NCBI GenBank assembly: GCA_051439505.1
Contig: JBFRWI010000167.1
Location: 1-49,682 of the forward strand
Direction of reading: 5' to 3'
DNA length: 49,682 bases
Origin: Hormoscilla sp.
Lineage (GTDB): Bacteria > Cyanobacteriota > Cyanobacteriia > Cyanobacteriales > Desertifilaceae
Position numbers and translations under genes: made by a program. This document shows, piece after piece, positions 30,911-40,945 of the stretch (the first letter of the stretch is position 1; every line of letters starts with the position of its first letter). Below the pieces are notes generated by a model. It worked only from the letters and a program-made list of their open reading frames with translations. It was not told the origin of the DNA and did not search any database.

Positions 30911-31993
30911 ATGTCTATCACGCTTGATACTAACTCCGTCTTAGAAGTGTTACGACCGGTGCAAGACCCGGAACTCCGCCAGAGTTTGGTGGAGCTGAAT
31001 ATGATTCGCAATGTCAAAATATCCTCCGAGGGTAAGGTCAGCTTCACCTTAGTGCTGACGACCCCTGCTTGTCCGTTGCGGGAATTCATCGTCGAAGACT
31101 GTACCAAAGCTGTGAACCAACTGCCCGGCGTACAGGATGTCACGGTAGAGGTGACGGCGGAGACGCCCCAACAGAAAAATACTTTGCCCGATCGCCAAGG
31201 AATTGACGGGGTAAAAAATATTCTAGCGATTTCCAGCGGTAAGGGCGGCGTGGGCAAGAGTACCGTTGCTGTCAATGTTGCGGTGGCCCTGGCCCAAGTG
31301 GGTGCCAAAGTCGGTCTGATTGATGCAGATATCTATGGACCGAATGCTCCGACCATGCTAGGACTAGAATCGGCTCAGGTCATGGTCCGGGATGGGTCTC
31401 AAGGAGAAGTGCTAGAACCGGCATTTAATCACGGCGTCAAGCTGGTATCCATGGGATTTTTGATTGACAAGGACCAACCGGTAATTTGGCGTGGGCCAAT
31501 GCTGAATGGGGTGATCCGTCAGTTTCTCTACCAGGCCCAGTGGGGTGAGTTGGACTATTTGATTGTGGATATGCCGCCGGGAACGGGGGATGCCCAGCTG
31601 ACTCTGACTCAAGCGGTGCCGATGGCGGGGGCGGTAATTGTGACTACGCCTCAGAATGTGGCCCTGCTGGACTCCCGCAAGGGATTAAAGATGTTTCAGC
31701 AATTGGGAGTGCCGGTGCTGGGAATTGTGGAGAACATGAGCTATTTTATTCCACCGGATATGCCAGATAAGCAGTATGATATTTTTGGTTCTGGTGGCGG
31801 TGCCAAAACTTCCCAGGAATTGCAGGTGCCTCTTTTGGGCTGCGTGCCTCTGGAAATTGGCCTCAGAGAAGGAGGCGATCGGGGCTCTCCTATTGTCGTG
31901 GCCAATCCGGATTCGGCCTCAGCGAAAGCTCTAGTGGCGATCGCCCAACAGATTGCGGCCAAAGTATCTATCGCTGCCCTGAGTAGCAGTTAG
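30911..31993 (+). CDS. mrp: Mrp/NBP35 (ApbC) Fe-S cluster carrier ATPase
   Basis: VQDPEL...LTTPACP, SGKGGVGKST, DADIYGP, VIWRGPM, DMPPGTGD, VENMS. Confidence 0.96.
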   Translation: MSITLDTNSVLEVLRPVQDPELRQSLVELNMIRNVKISSEGKVSFTLVLTTPACPLREFIVEDCTKAVNQLPGVQDVTVEVTAETPQQKNTLPDRQGIDGVKNILAISSGKGGVGKSTVAVNVAVALAQVGAKVGLIDADIYGPNAPTMLGLESAQVMVRDGSQGEVLEPAFNHGVKLVSMGFLIDKDQPVIWRGPMLNGVIRQFLYQAQWGELDYLIVDMPPGTGDAQLTLTQAVPMAGAVIVTTPQNVALLDSRKGLKMFQQLGVPVLGIVENMSYFIPPDMPDKQYDIFGSGGGAKTSQELQVPLLGCVPLEIGLREGGDRGSPIVVANPDSASAKALVAIAQQIAAKVSIAALSSS

Positions 31994-32096
31994 TGGTTAG
32001 TAGTTGGTAGTTAGTGGTTAGTGGTTAGTGGTTAGCGGACAACTAACAACTAACAACTGACAACTAACAACTGACAACCAACAACCGACAACTGAC

Positions 32097-33377
32097 ATGT
32101 TGCAAAAATCACCAATCAGAAATTACTGGAGATCCTTTCTAGAACCCTGGCAGCAGATAGACTGGTTACTGTTTCTGTTGCCAGTGGGTCTCACCGTGTT
32201 TGGAGGCATAATGATCCGCAGCACGGAATTAAATCTGGGACGGAACGACTGGTGGCAACACTGGTTTGTGGGTGGGATTGGGTTAGCACTGGCGGTATTG
32301 TTAGCTCGCTGGCGTTATCAAATCCTGATGCGGTGGCAGTGGGCGATCTACGCTCTCACCAATCTCATTTTGCTGGCGGTGATCTTTATCGGCACCACCG
32401 GAGGGGGAGCACAGCGGTGGATTACTGTTGGTGGCTTCAATATTCAACCCTCGGAATTTGCCAAGTTAGGGTTAATTATCACCCTGGCGGGTATCCTACA
32501 AGCCAAAACGGCTGATACCATTGGTACGATCTTCAAAACCCTGGGGGTCGCGGCTCTTCCCTGGGCCTTGGTGTTTTTGCAACCGGACTTAGGAACTTCA
32601 CTGGTGTTTGGGGCGATCGCCCTGGGAATGCTCTACTGGAGCAATACTAATCCCGGTTGGTTGGTGCTGCTGATTTCCCCGATCGTCTCAATAGTTTTGT
32701 TCAACCTGTATCTGACAGGATGGTTTATCTGGGCCGCAATCATCATATTGATTGCCTGGTTTACCTTACCCTGGCCACAATGGGGAGCATTAGGTGCCCT
32801 CTCTCTCAACGTGATGGCTGGCGAATTCGGACAGCTTCTCTGGGAGAGCTTATTGAAAGATTATCAAAAAGACCGGCTAATACTGTTCCTGAACCCGGAA
32901 CAAGACCCCTTGGGAGGTGGATACCACCTGATCCAATCTCGGATCGCCATTGGTGCTGGTCAACTTTGGGGACAGGGACTCCACCAGGGAACTCAAACCC
33001 AGCTGAACTTTATTCCCGAACAGCATACTGATTTTATCTTCTCCGCCGTTGGTGAAGAGTTTGGCTTTGTGGGCTGCATTGTCCTGCTGTTCGTCTTCTG
33101 GTCGATCTGCCTCCGAATGGCTTTCGTCGCGCACAATGCGTCAGACAACTTTGGTTCCTTACTGGCAATTGGCGTCTTGACGATGATAGTTTTTCAGCTG
33201 CTCGTTAACATTGGTATGACCATTGGTCTGGCCCCCGTTACTGGCATCCCACTGCCTTGGATGAGTTACGGTCGTTCAGCCTTACTGACAAACTTTATCG
33301 CCATTGGGCTTGTAGAATCGGTAGCAAACCACCGGCAGCGAACCAGTTTGTTTGCCAGAAATAAAAGGAAACAGTAG
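32097..33377 (+). CDS. rodA: Rod shape-determining SEDS protein RodA
   Basis: GAQRWI, QPSEFAK, LQPDLGT, GGYH..QSRIAIGAG, IPEQHTDFIFS..GEE, TGIPLPWMSYG. Confidence 0.95.
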   Translation: MLQKSPIRNYWRSFLEPWQQIDWLLFLLPVGLTVFGGIMIRSTELNLGRNDWWQHWFVGGIGLALAVLLARWRYQILMRWQWAIYALTNLILLAVIFIGTTGGGAQRWITVGGFNIQPSEFAKLGLIITLAGILQAKTADTIGTIFKTLGVAALPWALVFLQPDLGTSLVFGAIALGMLYWSNTNPGWLVLLISPIVSIVLFNLYLTGWFIWAAIIILIAWFTLPWPQWGALGALSLNVMAGEFGQLLWESLLKDYQKDRLILFLNPEQDPLGGGYHLIQSRIAIGAGQLWGQGLHQGTQTQLNFIPEQHTDFIFSAVGEEFGFVGCIVLLFVFWSICLRMAFVAHNASDNFGSLLAIGVLTMIVFQLLVNIGMTIGLAPVTGIPLPWMSYGRSALLTNFIAIGLVESVANHRQRTSLFARNKRKQ

Positions 33378-33426
33378 CCCTGATTCCTGGTAAAATATTG
33401 AATGTAAACCTAGTTGGTAAGGAATT

Positions 33427-33621
33427 ATGATTCTGCCGGGAACGGAAGTGCGCGTCAAGAACACAGGCGATACTTACTATGGCTTTCAAGGACTTGTCCA
33501 ACGAGTCAGTGATGGCAAAGCGGCTGTGCTGTTTGAAGGTGGCAACTGGGATAAGTTAGTTACTTTCCGCTTGTCAGAACTAGAACGGGTGGAGGTCAAG
33601 GCAAAAGGGAAAGGTAAGTAG
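33427..33621 (+). CDS. ndhS: NDH-1 subunit NdhS (ferredoxin-binding)
   Basis: [42 protein letters not shown]. Confidence 0.95.
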   Translation: MILPGTEVRVKNTGDTYYGFQGLVQRVSDGKAAVLFEGGNWDKLVTFRLSELERVEVKAKGKGK

Positions 33622-33776
33622 GGCGTTCCCAGGCGGGAGCCAGGGAACGAGGAAATGGAAAATTGAGCAATGGTTAATTGAGAATGGAAAATTGTTGATA
33701 ATTTCATTCGTAATTGACAATTAACCATTACCAATTAGCAATTTTCCATTAGCAATTAGCAATTAGCAATTAACTA

Positions 33777-33875
33777 AGCTGTCGCGCATTTAAATTGCTA
33801 TGGCCCAAGAGCTGAAACACTTGCTATAATATGATTTGCAAATTTTGAATTCTGAATTTTGAATTGTGAATTGCT
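33777..33875. mobile_element. 99-bp non-autonomous mini-element, TA-flanked (copy 2), containing an extended -10 TGCTATAAT
   Basis: TA|AGCTGTCGCGCATTTAAATTGC...GCTGAAAC...(TTTTGAA-like)n TTGCT|TA; the right TA overlaps the ATG at 33877. Confidence 0.75.
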
Positions 33876-33876
33876 T

Positions 33877-34545
33877 ATGCGTCTTCCACTACCACAATTT
33901 GCTCTTAGTTCTCGTCAAGAAAACCACATCGCTGAGGTGATTGAAACCTCGACGACGGAATTTCTGGCTCAATGTCTGGAACCGGAAGACCTTAACTTTC
34001 CTGTTATGCCTCCTTTTGGCAGTCTCGTCCGCTCTGTGGATGAAGAGTCGGATAATTATATCTATGCTGTAGTTTACTATGCTACTACTAGCCCGATCGA
34101 CTCCGTTCACCGAGCGAGAGCTTTGGGGTTGTCTCTCCAGGAATTGCGCGAGCAGCAACCCCAAATATTTGCTATGCTGAAAACTGAGTTCAAAGCCGCG
34201 ATCGTCGGTTTTTCTCCTCCTCCCCCTGGGGAGAATGGTTCGATCCGACTGAACAGTCCGGTTTATCAACACCTGCCTCCTCGTCCGCCCCAAATTCATC
34301 AAGCTGTCTATCAATGTACAGCTGACGAAGTGATTCATTTCAGCGAAAATCTGGATTTCTTGAGGATATTAATCCAATTATCAGGTACACCAGTAGATGC
34401 TCTCGCAGCAGCTGCTATCCGCGAGATTTATCAACTCCGCAAGGCCGATCGCGCTTGGTTGGTCCAAGCAGGGCGCATTCTCAGCCTGTTACTAAAAGAT
34501 GATTACGATCGCCTCCGCTACATTTTGAGCCAAATTCATCCCTAA
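33877..34545 (+). CDS. HAS-barrel-like conserved cyanobacterial protein
   Basis: MRLPLPQF...HIAEVIETSTTEFLAQC...PPFGSLV...LPPRPPQIHQAVY; family recognised from memory. Confidence 0.7.
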   Translation: MRLPLPQFALSSRQENHIAEVIETSTTEFLAQCLEPEDLNFPVMPPFGSLVRSVDEESDNYIYAVVYYATTSPIDSVHRARALGLSLQELREQQPQIFAMLKTEFKAAIVGFSPPPPGENGSIRLNSPVYQHLPPRPPQIHQAVYQCTADEVIHFSENLDFLRILIQLSGTPVDALAAAAIREIYQLRKADRAWLVQAGRILSLLLKDDYDRLRYILSQIHP

Positions 34546-34637
34546 AATTGAAAATTGAGAAGGTCGAATTGAGAAGGTCGAATTGAGAATAGCAATTAGC
34601 CATTAGCAATTAGCCATTAGCAATTAGCCATTAGCAA

Positions 34638-35570
34638 TTAGCCATTAGCAGTCAAGCAACTTGCAATTGTTGCCATTACTGACTTAGACAAACTCTCGAA
34701 GTCATAGCCGCCTTCGAGTCCAAACAGGATGCGACGAGTCAGGCCCAGGCAATAATCTGTAAAAACTCCATAATCTTCAGGCTGTAAACAAATTCCGGCC
34801 AAGGGGTCATCATAATTTGCGTCATAACCGGCACTGACAATTAAGATGTCTGGACCAAAATCACTCAAGAAGGGCATCACTTTCTGTTCAAACATGGGCT
34901 GATATTCAGCGATGGTACTACCCCGTGCCATCGGAATATTGAGCACATTGTTGTGTAAACCACGCTCCCTGGCAGCACCAGTACCGGGATAAAAAGGAAA
35001 TTGATGCAGGGAACAATAAGCAATTTGCGGGTTGCTTTCCACGATCGCCTGGGTGCCGTTACCGTGATGTACGTCCCAGTCGAGAATGGCAACGCGGTTG
35101 ATTCCCTGTTGTTCGAGGGCGTAATGTGCCGCGATCGCGGCATTGGAAAAGAGACAAAACCCCATGCCCCGATCCGATAAAGCGTGATGTCCCGGTGGAC
35201 GGGCTAGCACAAAGGCTGGGTTCCCAGTAGCCAGGAGGCGATCGACCCCATCTCGCCAGGCACTTACTGCCAGCAGCGCCACCTCATAACTGCGGGGAGA
35301 AACTGGCGTATCGCCGTCTATTTGTCCGCCTCCCCGGTTGGCTAAATCTCTGACAGCATTGATATATGCGTCTGGATGAACCTGTTGCATCAGGGATAAC
35401 ACCGAACGTTCCTCTGGAGTCGTCGGCAGTTGCCACTCAATTCGATCGGCCCAAGGTGCCGCTTTTAAGTGGTTGACAATTGCTGTCAGGCGTTCTGGCT
35501 TCTCCGGGTGTAGCCAACCATTGTCGTGCAGTAGAAATTCATCGGAGTAGATAACAGGAAGCATAGTCAT
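34638..35570 (-). CDS. Histone deacetylase family protein
   Basis: HPEKPERL, RPPGHHA, GMGFCLFSNAA, DWDVHHGNGTQ, SAGYDA..DP, LEGGY. Confidence 0.96.
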   Translation of the reverse strand: MTMLPVIYSDEFLLHDNGWLHPEKPERLTAIVNHLKAAPWADRIEWQLPTTPEERSVLSLMQQVHPDAYINAVRDLANRGGGQIDGDTPVSPRSYEVALLAVSAWRDGVDRLLATGNPAFVLARPPGHHALSDRGMGFCLFSNAAIAAHYALEQQGINRVAILDWDVHHGNGTQAIVESNPQIAYCSLHQFPFYPGTGAARERGLHNNVLNIPMARGSTIAEYQPMFEQKVMPFLSDFGPDILIVSAGYDANYDDPLAGICLQPEDYGVFTDYCLGLTRRILFGLEGGYDFESLSKSVMATIASCLTANG

Positions 35571-35816
35571 TGTTCTTAACAGTTGGGTTACAGACCAAAA
35601 TTGAGCAAAAGTATGTTATTATATTAGAAATAACCAAGGCGATGTGACAAGGAACTCATGTCCAAACAAATCGGGCGAAAAAACTGTAATTGCTAGCCAC
35701 TGATAACTGGTTGGGCGTGGTACGCGAGCACCGATCTTTAGGTAGACCTAAAGTTTACTTTGGAAAGAGCGTCCGATCGACTTGGGAATTATTGTTCTGA
35801 TGGAGTTTTTTGCTGT

Positions 35817-38462
35817 ATGAGCATCGAGCAGGAGCGGATTGTCCCGACAGATTTACGCAACGAGATGTCCCGGTCTTATCTAGAATACGCCATGAGCGTC
35901 ATTGTTGGGAGGGCGCTCCCAGACGCTCGCGATGGATTGAAACCGGTACATCGGCGCATTCTCTACGCGATGCATGAGTTGGGACTCAGCCCAGACCGCC
36001 CTTTTAGAAAATGCGCTCGTGTGGTGGGGGAAGTTTTGGGTAAATACCATCCTCACGGCGATACGGCGGTTTATGATGCTTTGGTGCGCATGGCCCAAGA
36101 TTTCTCCATGCGATCGCCCCTGATTAACGGTCACGGGAACTTTGGTTCGGTTGACAATGACCCGCCAGCGGCAATGCGCTACACGGAATGCCGGTTGCAA
36201 GCCCTGACTGCCGATGCCATGCTCCGAGATATTGAGTCGGAAACGGTGGATTTTATCGATAATTTCGATGGCTCCCAGCAAGAACCGATCGTATTACCGG
36301 TGCGCATTCCCCAGCTGCTGCTGAATGGTTCCGCTGGAATTGCTGTGGGGATGGCGACTAATATCCCTCCTCATAACTTGGGAGAGTTGGTAGATGGCCT
36401 GGTGGCTTTGATCCATAATCCAGAGATTACTGACACCCAACTGATGCGCTATATCCCCGGTCCGGATTTTCCTACCGGCGGGAGCATTCTGGGAACCGGC
36501 GGCATCAAAGATGCCTACACCGGCGGACGGGGGTCGATCGCCATGCGGGGTGTCGCAACAATTGAAACGATCGAACAGCGGGGACGCCAGGATCGGGAGG
36601 CAATTATTGTCACGGAACTGCCTTATCAAACTAATAAGGCGGCCCTGATTGAGAAGATTGCTGAAATGGTCAATGATAAGCGCTTAGAGGGAATCTCTGA
36701 TATCCGGGATGAAAGCGATCGGGACGGCATGCGGATCGTGGTGGAACTCAGGCGCGATGCTTATCCCCGAGTTGTCCTCAATAATCTCTACAAACAAACG
36801 CCCCTACAAACTAATTTTGGGGCAAATATGCTGGCGTTGGTGAATTCCCACCCGGAACTCCTATCCCTGAAGCAATTTCTAAATGTGTTTCTGGAATTCA
36901 GGGTGGAAGCGATTAGCAGAAGGACGCAATTTCAACTGCGGAAAGCTAGAGAACGGGATCATCTGTTGCAGGGTTTACTGATTGCCTTGGCGAACTTAGA
37001 TGCAGTCATCCAGTTGATTAGAACCGCCGCTGATACGGGGACAGCGCGTCAGCAATTGATAGATACTTACGAACTTTCGGAAGCGCAAGCGGATGGCATT
37101 CTCCAGATGCAACTGCGACGCCTGACAGCTTTGGAAGCGGACAAGATCGAGCAAGAACATAAAGAGTTACAAGCCAGAATTGCTGATTTTGAGGATATTT
37201 TAGCGCGGCGAGAACGGATTCTGGAAATTATCGAAACGGAAGTAACTGAACTGAAACAGAAGTTCGCTACCCCCCGACGGACGCAAATAGACAGTGCCGA
37301 TGGGGAACTGGTGGATATTGACTTGATTGCTAACGAACAGGCTTTGATTTTGCTGACTGAGCAGGGTTATATCAAGCGCATGCCAGTGAATACCTTTGAG
37401 GCCCAAAATCGTGCGACTCGTGGCAAATCTGGCACGCGGATGAAGGAGGATGATGGGGTAGAACATTTCCTGACTTGCTGCGACCATGATAGCGTTTTGT
37501 TCTTTAGTCAAAGGGGCGTGGTTTACAGCCTGAACGCTTACCAAATTCCGGCGGCTTCTCGCACGGCCCGGGGGATGCCTATTGTGCAAATGCTGCCGAT
37601 CCCGATGGATGAAAAAATAACTTCTCTGGTGGCAGTGAGCGAGTTTCGGGATGATGAATATCTGGTGATGCTGACGAAAGGGGGCTACATTAAAAAGACG
37701 GCCCTGGCAGCTTTTAGCAATATTCGCGCTAATGGATTGATTGCTATTTCTCTGCAAGAGGGAGATGAGTTGCGCTGGGTAAGACGGGCGACGGAAGAAG
37801 ACAGCGTGATTATTGGGTCTTCCCAGGCAAAGGCTATTCACTTTAGAACAAATGCAGTGCAATTGCGGGCTAGTGGTCGCACCTCCAGAGGGGTGAGGTC
37901 CATGAAATTGGTGGATGGAGATGAGTTGATCGGCATGGATATATTGCCCAGGAACATTCTGGCTAGTTTAGAGAATGATGCCACGGAGTCGGACTCGGAG
38001 GCGGAAGACAATCTTGCGGAAAATTTGGACACAGAGGCGGAAGACATAGATGCGGAAAAAGCGGAAACAGAAGCAGAAGAACTTGCTGTGGATAACTCGA
38101 CTGGACCTTGGGTGCTGATTGTCACTAATAATGGCTATGGTAAACGTACTCCTGTTTCTCAGTTCCGCTTGCAAAGGCGAGCCGGAAAGGGTTTGATTGC
38201 TGCTAAGTTCAAGTCTCGCAAGTCTAAGTCTCGCAAGTCTAAGGATGAATTGGCAGCGCTGCGAATTGTAAATGTTGATGATGAACTGATGATGATTACA
38301 AGTCGGGGGATTATTATTCGTCAGGCGGTGAATGCTATTTCTATTCAATCCCGTGGTGCAACTGGCGTGCGGGTGCAGCGCTTGGATGAAGATGATGAGA
38401 TCGCAGCCGTTGCCCTGGTTCCCCCATTAGCTGAAGAAGCAGGCGATCTGGAAGAAGAGTAA
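35817..38462 (+). CDS. gyrA: DNA gyrase subunit A
   Basis: [35 protein letters not shown] (catalytic Tyr), GyrA-box-like QNRATRGK, beta-pinwheel repeats. Confidence 0.98.
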   Translation: MSIEQERIVPTDLRNEMSRSYLEYAMSVIVGRALPDARDGLKPVHRRILYAMHELGLSPDRPFRKCARVVGEVLGKYHPHGDTAVYDALVRMAQDFSMRSPLINGHGNFGSVDNDPPAAMRYTECRLQALTADAMLRDIESETVDFIDNFDGSQQEPIVLPVRIPQLLLNGSAGIAVGMATNIPPHNLGELVDGLVALIHNPEITDTQLMRYIPGPDFPTGGSILGTGGIKDAYTGGRGSIAMRGVATIETIEQRGRQDREAIIVTELPYQTNKAALIEKIAEMVNDKRLEGISDIRDESDRDGMRIVVELRRDAYPRVVLNNLYKQTPLQTNFGANMLALVNSHPELLSLKQFLNVFLEFRVEAISRRTQFQLRKARERDHLLQGLLIALANLDAVIQLIRTAADTGTARQQLIDTYELSEAQADGILQMQLRRLTALEADKIEQEHKELQARIADFEDILARRERILEIIETEVTELKQKFATPRRTQIDSADGELVDIDLIANEQALILLTEQGYIKRMPVNTFEAQNRATRGKSGTRMKEDDGVEHFLTCCDHDSVLFFSQRGVVYSLNAYQIPAASRTARGMPIVQMLPIPMDEKITSLVAVSEFRDDEYLVMLTKGGYIKKTALAAFSNIRANGLIAISLQEGDELRWVRRATEEDSVIIGSSQAKAIHFRTNAVQLRASGRTSRGVRSMKLVDGDELIGMDILPRNILASLENDATESDSEAEDNLAENLDTEAEDIDAEKAETEAEELAVDNSTGPWVLIVTNNGYGKRTPVSQFRLQRRAGKGLIAAKFKSRKSKSRKSKDELAALRIVNVDDELMMITSRGIIIRQAVNAISIQSRGATGVRVQRLDEDDEIAAVALVPPLAEEAGDLEEE

Positions 38463-38472
38463 GTTTGAAGAA

Positions 38473-40287
38473 ATGGGTCATCTGCTGAAAACATTCTCTC
38501 CCAGCCCGACAATTATTGTTCGGCTGGGCATTGCCTTAACTGGCGGGATCTTAATGGGACTAACTACTGCTCCCGTTAATGCTTGGTTTCTCGCTTGGGT
38601 GGCTTTGGTTCCCCTCTGGATCCTGATTATTCATCCATCCCCGCACCGGCACGGGCTGGATGATAAGATTGCCATGGGATCCTGGAAACATTCCCTTTTG
38701 TTTGGCTTGGCTTGGGGTATTGGCTATCACGGTATTGCTTTATTCTGGATTACCGGTATCCATCCCATGACTTGGTTGGGCGTTCCCTGGTTGGCAAGTC
38801 TGGCGATCGCCCTTTTCTGCTGGATTTTTATCACTCTCTGGGGCGCTAGTTTAGTTGTAGTGTGGTCCCTGGGTATGAAAATGGCGATATCATCTGGGGG
38901 CATGTCCCAAGGGTGTGGTCAAAACCAGTTGTTCGTTCATGGGCCTTCCCAGTCGTGGGATCCCCCCAAACCCCCCTTAAAAAGGGGGGCTTCCGGAAGC
39001 CCCCCCTTTGGCAAGGGGGGGTTTGGGGGGGATCCGCCGCAACTACTTTTGACCGCACCCATGTCCCAACCCCTTTTCCCGATCGCCTTATTGCGGGTTC
39101 TGATGGGAGTTGCTTTCTGGTGCGTTCTGGAGGGCTTGTGGAGTACGGGTTCCTTGTGGTGGACTTCCCTTTCCTTTACCCAAAGTCCTGATAATCTCGC
39201 TATTTTGCAGTTGGGAAAAATTTCTGGTCCCAATACAATAACAGCCGCGATCGTGGCTGTGAATGGATTAATTGCTGAAACATTCGCCCCCACCCTAAAG
39301 GGTGAGGCTACAGGAACGAAGCCCACCTACGCGGGATTTAAGGCATCTAGCTATTGGACATATTTAAGTTTAGCAGTGGGGTTGCTGCTGACTCTGCATC
39401 TGGCCGGATTTTTGATGTATAGTCGTCCCCTTCACGATCGGCCAGCAGCAGCATTAAAAGTGGGAATTATTCAAGGGAATATTCCTAATGAAATTAAGCT
39501 TTATACCGCTGGAGGACGGCGGGCATTGTCGGGTTATACTAGAGGATATAAGGCATTAGCAGCCCAAGGTGTTGATGCCGTGCTGATTCCGGAAACTGCT
39601 TTGCCTTTTGTTTGGACGGCACAAAACAATAGTCCTTTCGATCGAGCAATTAGAGAAAAAGGGGCGATCGCCTGGGTGGGGGCTTTCGGTCAGCAAGGCA
39701 ATAGTCTTACTAATAGCTTGTTTACCGTTACTGGCACGGGTGATATTTTCAGTCGCTACGATAAAATAAAACTGGTGCCTTTGGGAGAGTTTATTCCCTT
39801 TGAACAATTTATGGGCAAGTTGATCGATCGCCTTTCGCCTCTGGATGCTCATCTAGTTGCAGGAAAGGCAGAACAACTGTTTGATACTCCCTTTGGTCGC
39901 GCGATCGCGGCCATCTGCTATGACTCTGCTTTTGCCGAAGTTTTCCGCCTGCAAGCGGCAGATGGGGGGCAGTTTATCCTCACCGCTGCTAATAATGCTC
40001 ACTATAGCGCCACCATGTCAGCGCAACATCACGCTCAAGATGTAATGCGGGCCATTGAAACCGATCGATGGGCAGTCAGGGCCACAAATACAGGCTATTC
40101 TGCTATTCTAGACCCCCACGGTAGAACTGTATGGATTTCTGGGATTAATACCTATGAGATTCATGCTGCGACAATTTACCGTAGACAGAGGAAGACTTTG
40201 TTTGTGCGTTGGGGTGATTGGTTAACGCCAGTGTTGGTAGGTTTTGCGGCCCTGGGGTGCATAGCTTTCTGGCAAAATTTAAAGTAG
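38473..40287 (+). CDS. lnt: Apolipoprotein N-acyltransferase with in-frame repeat insertions
   Basis: IIQGNI, PETA (Glu), YDKIKLVPLGEFIP (Lys), ICYDSAF (Cys), RAIE..R...RATNTGYS. Confidence 0.95.
   Translation: MGHLLKTFSPSPTIIVRLGIALTGGILMGLTTAPVNAWFLAWVALVPLWILIIHPSPHRHGLDDKIAMGSWKHSLLFGLAWGIGYHGIALFWITGIHPMTWLGVPWLASLAIALFCWIFITLWGASLVVVWSLGMKMAISSGGMSQGCGQNQLFVHGPSQSWDPPKPPLKRGASGSPPFGKGGFGGDPPQLLLTAPMSQPLFPIALLRVLMGVAFWCVLEGLWSTGSLWWTSLSFTQSPDNLAILQLGKISGPNTITAAIVAVNGLIAETFAPTLKGEATGTKPTYAGFKASSYWTYLSLAVGLLLTLHLAGFLMYSRPLHDRPAAALKVGIIQGNIPNEIKLYTAGGRRALSGYTRGYKALAAQGVDAVLIPETALPFVWTAQNNSPFDRAIREKGAIAWVGAFGQQGNSLTNSLFTVTGTGDIFSRYDKIKLVPLGEFIPFEQFMGKLIDRLSPLDAHLVAGKAEQLFDTPFGRAIAAICYDSAFAEVFRLQAADGGQFILTAANNAHYSATMSAQHHAQDVMRAIETDRWAVRATNTGYSAILDPHGRTVWISGINTYEIHAATIYRRQRKTLFVRWGDWLTPVLVGFAALGCIAFWQNLK
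38911..39060. mobile_element. 150-bp MITE inserted in frame in lnt
   Basis: TIR GGGTGTGGTCAAAA ... TTTTGACCGCACCC (13/14 match); 9-bp TSD ATGTCCCAA at 38902-38910 and 39061-39069; internal GC-rich hairpins; sister copy starts at 49556. Confidence 0.93.
39281..39339. repeat. 59-bp dispersed two-hairpin repeat translated inside lnt
   Basis: 53 of 59 nt identical (manual count) to the intergenic copy at 47534-47592. Confidence 0.88.
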
Positions 40288-40346
40288 CTTGGATCCTAGG
40301 GCAAATATCCACTATAATAGAGAGAATCCCATAATATTTTGATGAG

Positions 40347-40694
40347 GTGAAAGCGATGGATGATGATTTAGAAAAACGCAAGGTTTTATCAGCTCTATGT
40401 CATGGAGCGATATTTTTTAGCTCGACGATCGTCTCTGTCGGTATCCCGATCGCGATCTTGTTTGTCACTGAAGACTCAATTGTGAAAGAGAATGCTAAAG
40501 AATCCCTCAATTTACATATCAACCTTTATGTTTATGGGATAATATTTGCATTGCTGATTGCCGTGATAATTGGCATTCCACTGCTGATCGGATTGGCTGT
40601 GCTCAGTTGGATAATGCCCATTATTGCCATTGTCAAGGTGCTCGGCGATCCTGACAAACCTTACCGCTATCCTTTAATTTTTCGCTTGCTGTAG
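40347..40694 (+). CDS. DUF4870-family small membrane protein
   Basis: LSALCHGAIFF...VKENAKESLN...YRYPLIFRLL. Confidence 0.85.
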   Translation: MKAMDDDLEKRKVLSALCHGAIFFSSTIVSVGIPIAILFVTEDSIVKENAKESLNLHINLYVYGIIFALLIAVIIGIPLLIGLAVLSWIMPIIAIVKVLGDPDKPYRYPLIFRLL

Positions 40695-40708
40695 CCGACC
40701 GGCGCGTC

Positions 40709-40804
40709 ATGCTCAAAAGTTACAACCCATTCCATTGCTTACCTTCATCTGAAGAACTCCCTGACTCGGACGAGACACCTTTAGTTTTTGGGATGGAGAA
40801 TTGA
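40709..40804 (+). pseudogene. N-terminal relic of a Uma2-family endonuclease gene
   Basis: MLKSYNPFHCLPSSEELPDSDETP matches the cyanobacterial Uma2 N-terminus (LPS.EELPDSDDTP), then runs into a GAGAATT-type repeat and stops. Confidence 0.75.
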
Positions 40805-40945
40805 GAAGGTCGAATTGAGAATTACTCTATTTTTCCTTCTTCATTCGCAATTATTACTCTTTATTGCTCAAAGGCAAAAGTGAGATGCTCCCGGCACGAT
40901 AAGGCTTCCTCTTCCGAGATATTCCTTTGACATCTTTTAATCATC

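Noticed and set aside
37200..37862. 220-aa antisense ORF in gyrA and similar long antisense ORFs (e.g. 18136-18705, 19270-19767, 4024-4494)
   Set aside because: They lie wholly within well-supported genes on the opposite strand and show no motifs or RBS.
38911..39060. Intein or self-splicing intron in lnt
   Set aside because: No intein terminal HN-C/S/T motif and no group I/II core; TIRs, a TSD and a sister copy identify it as a MITE.
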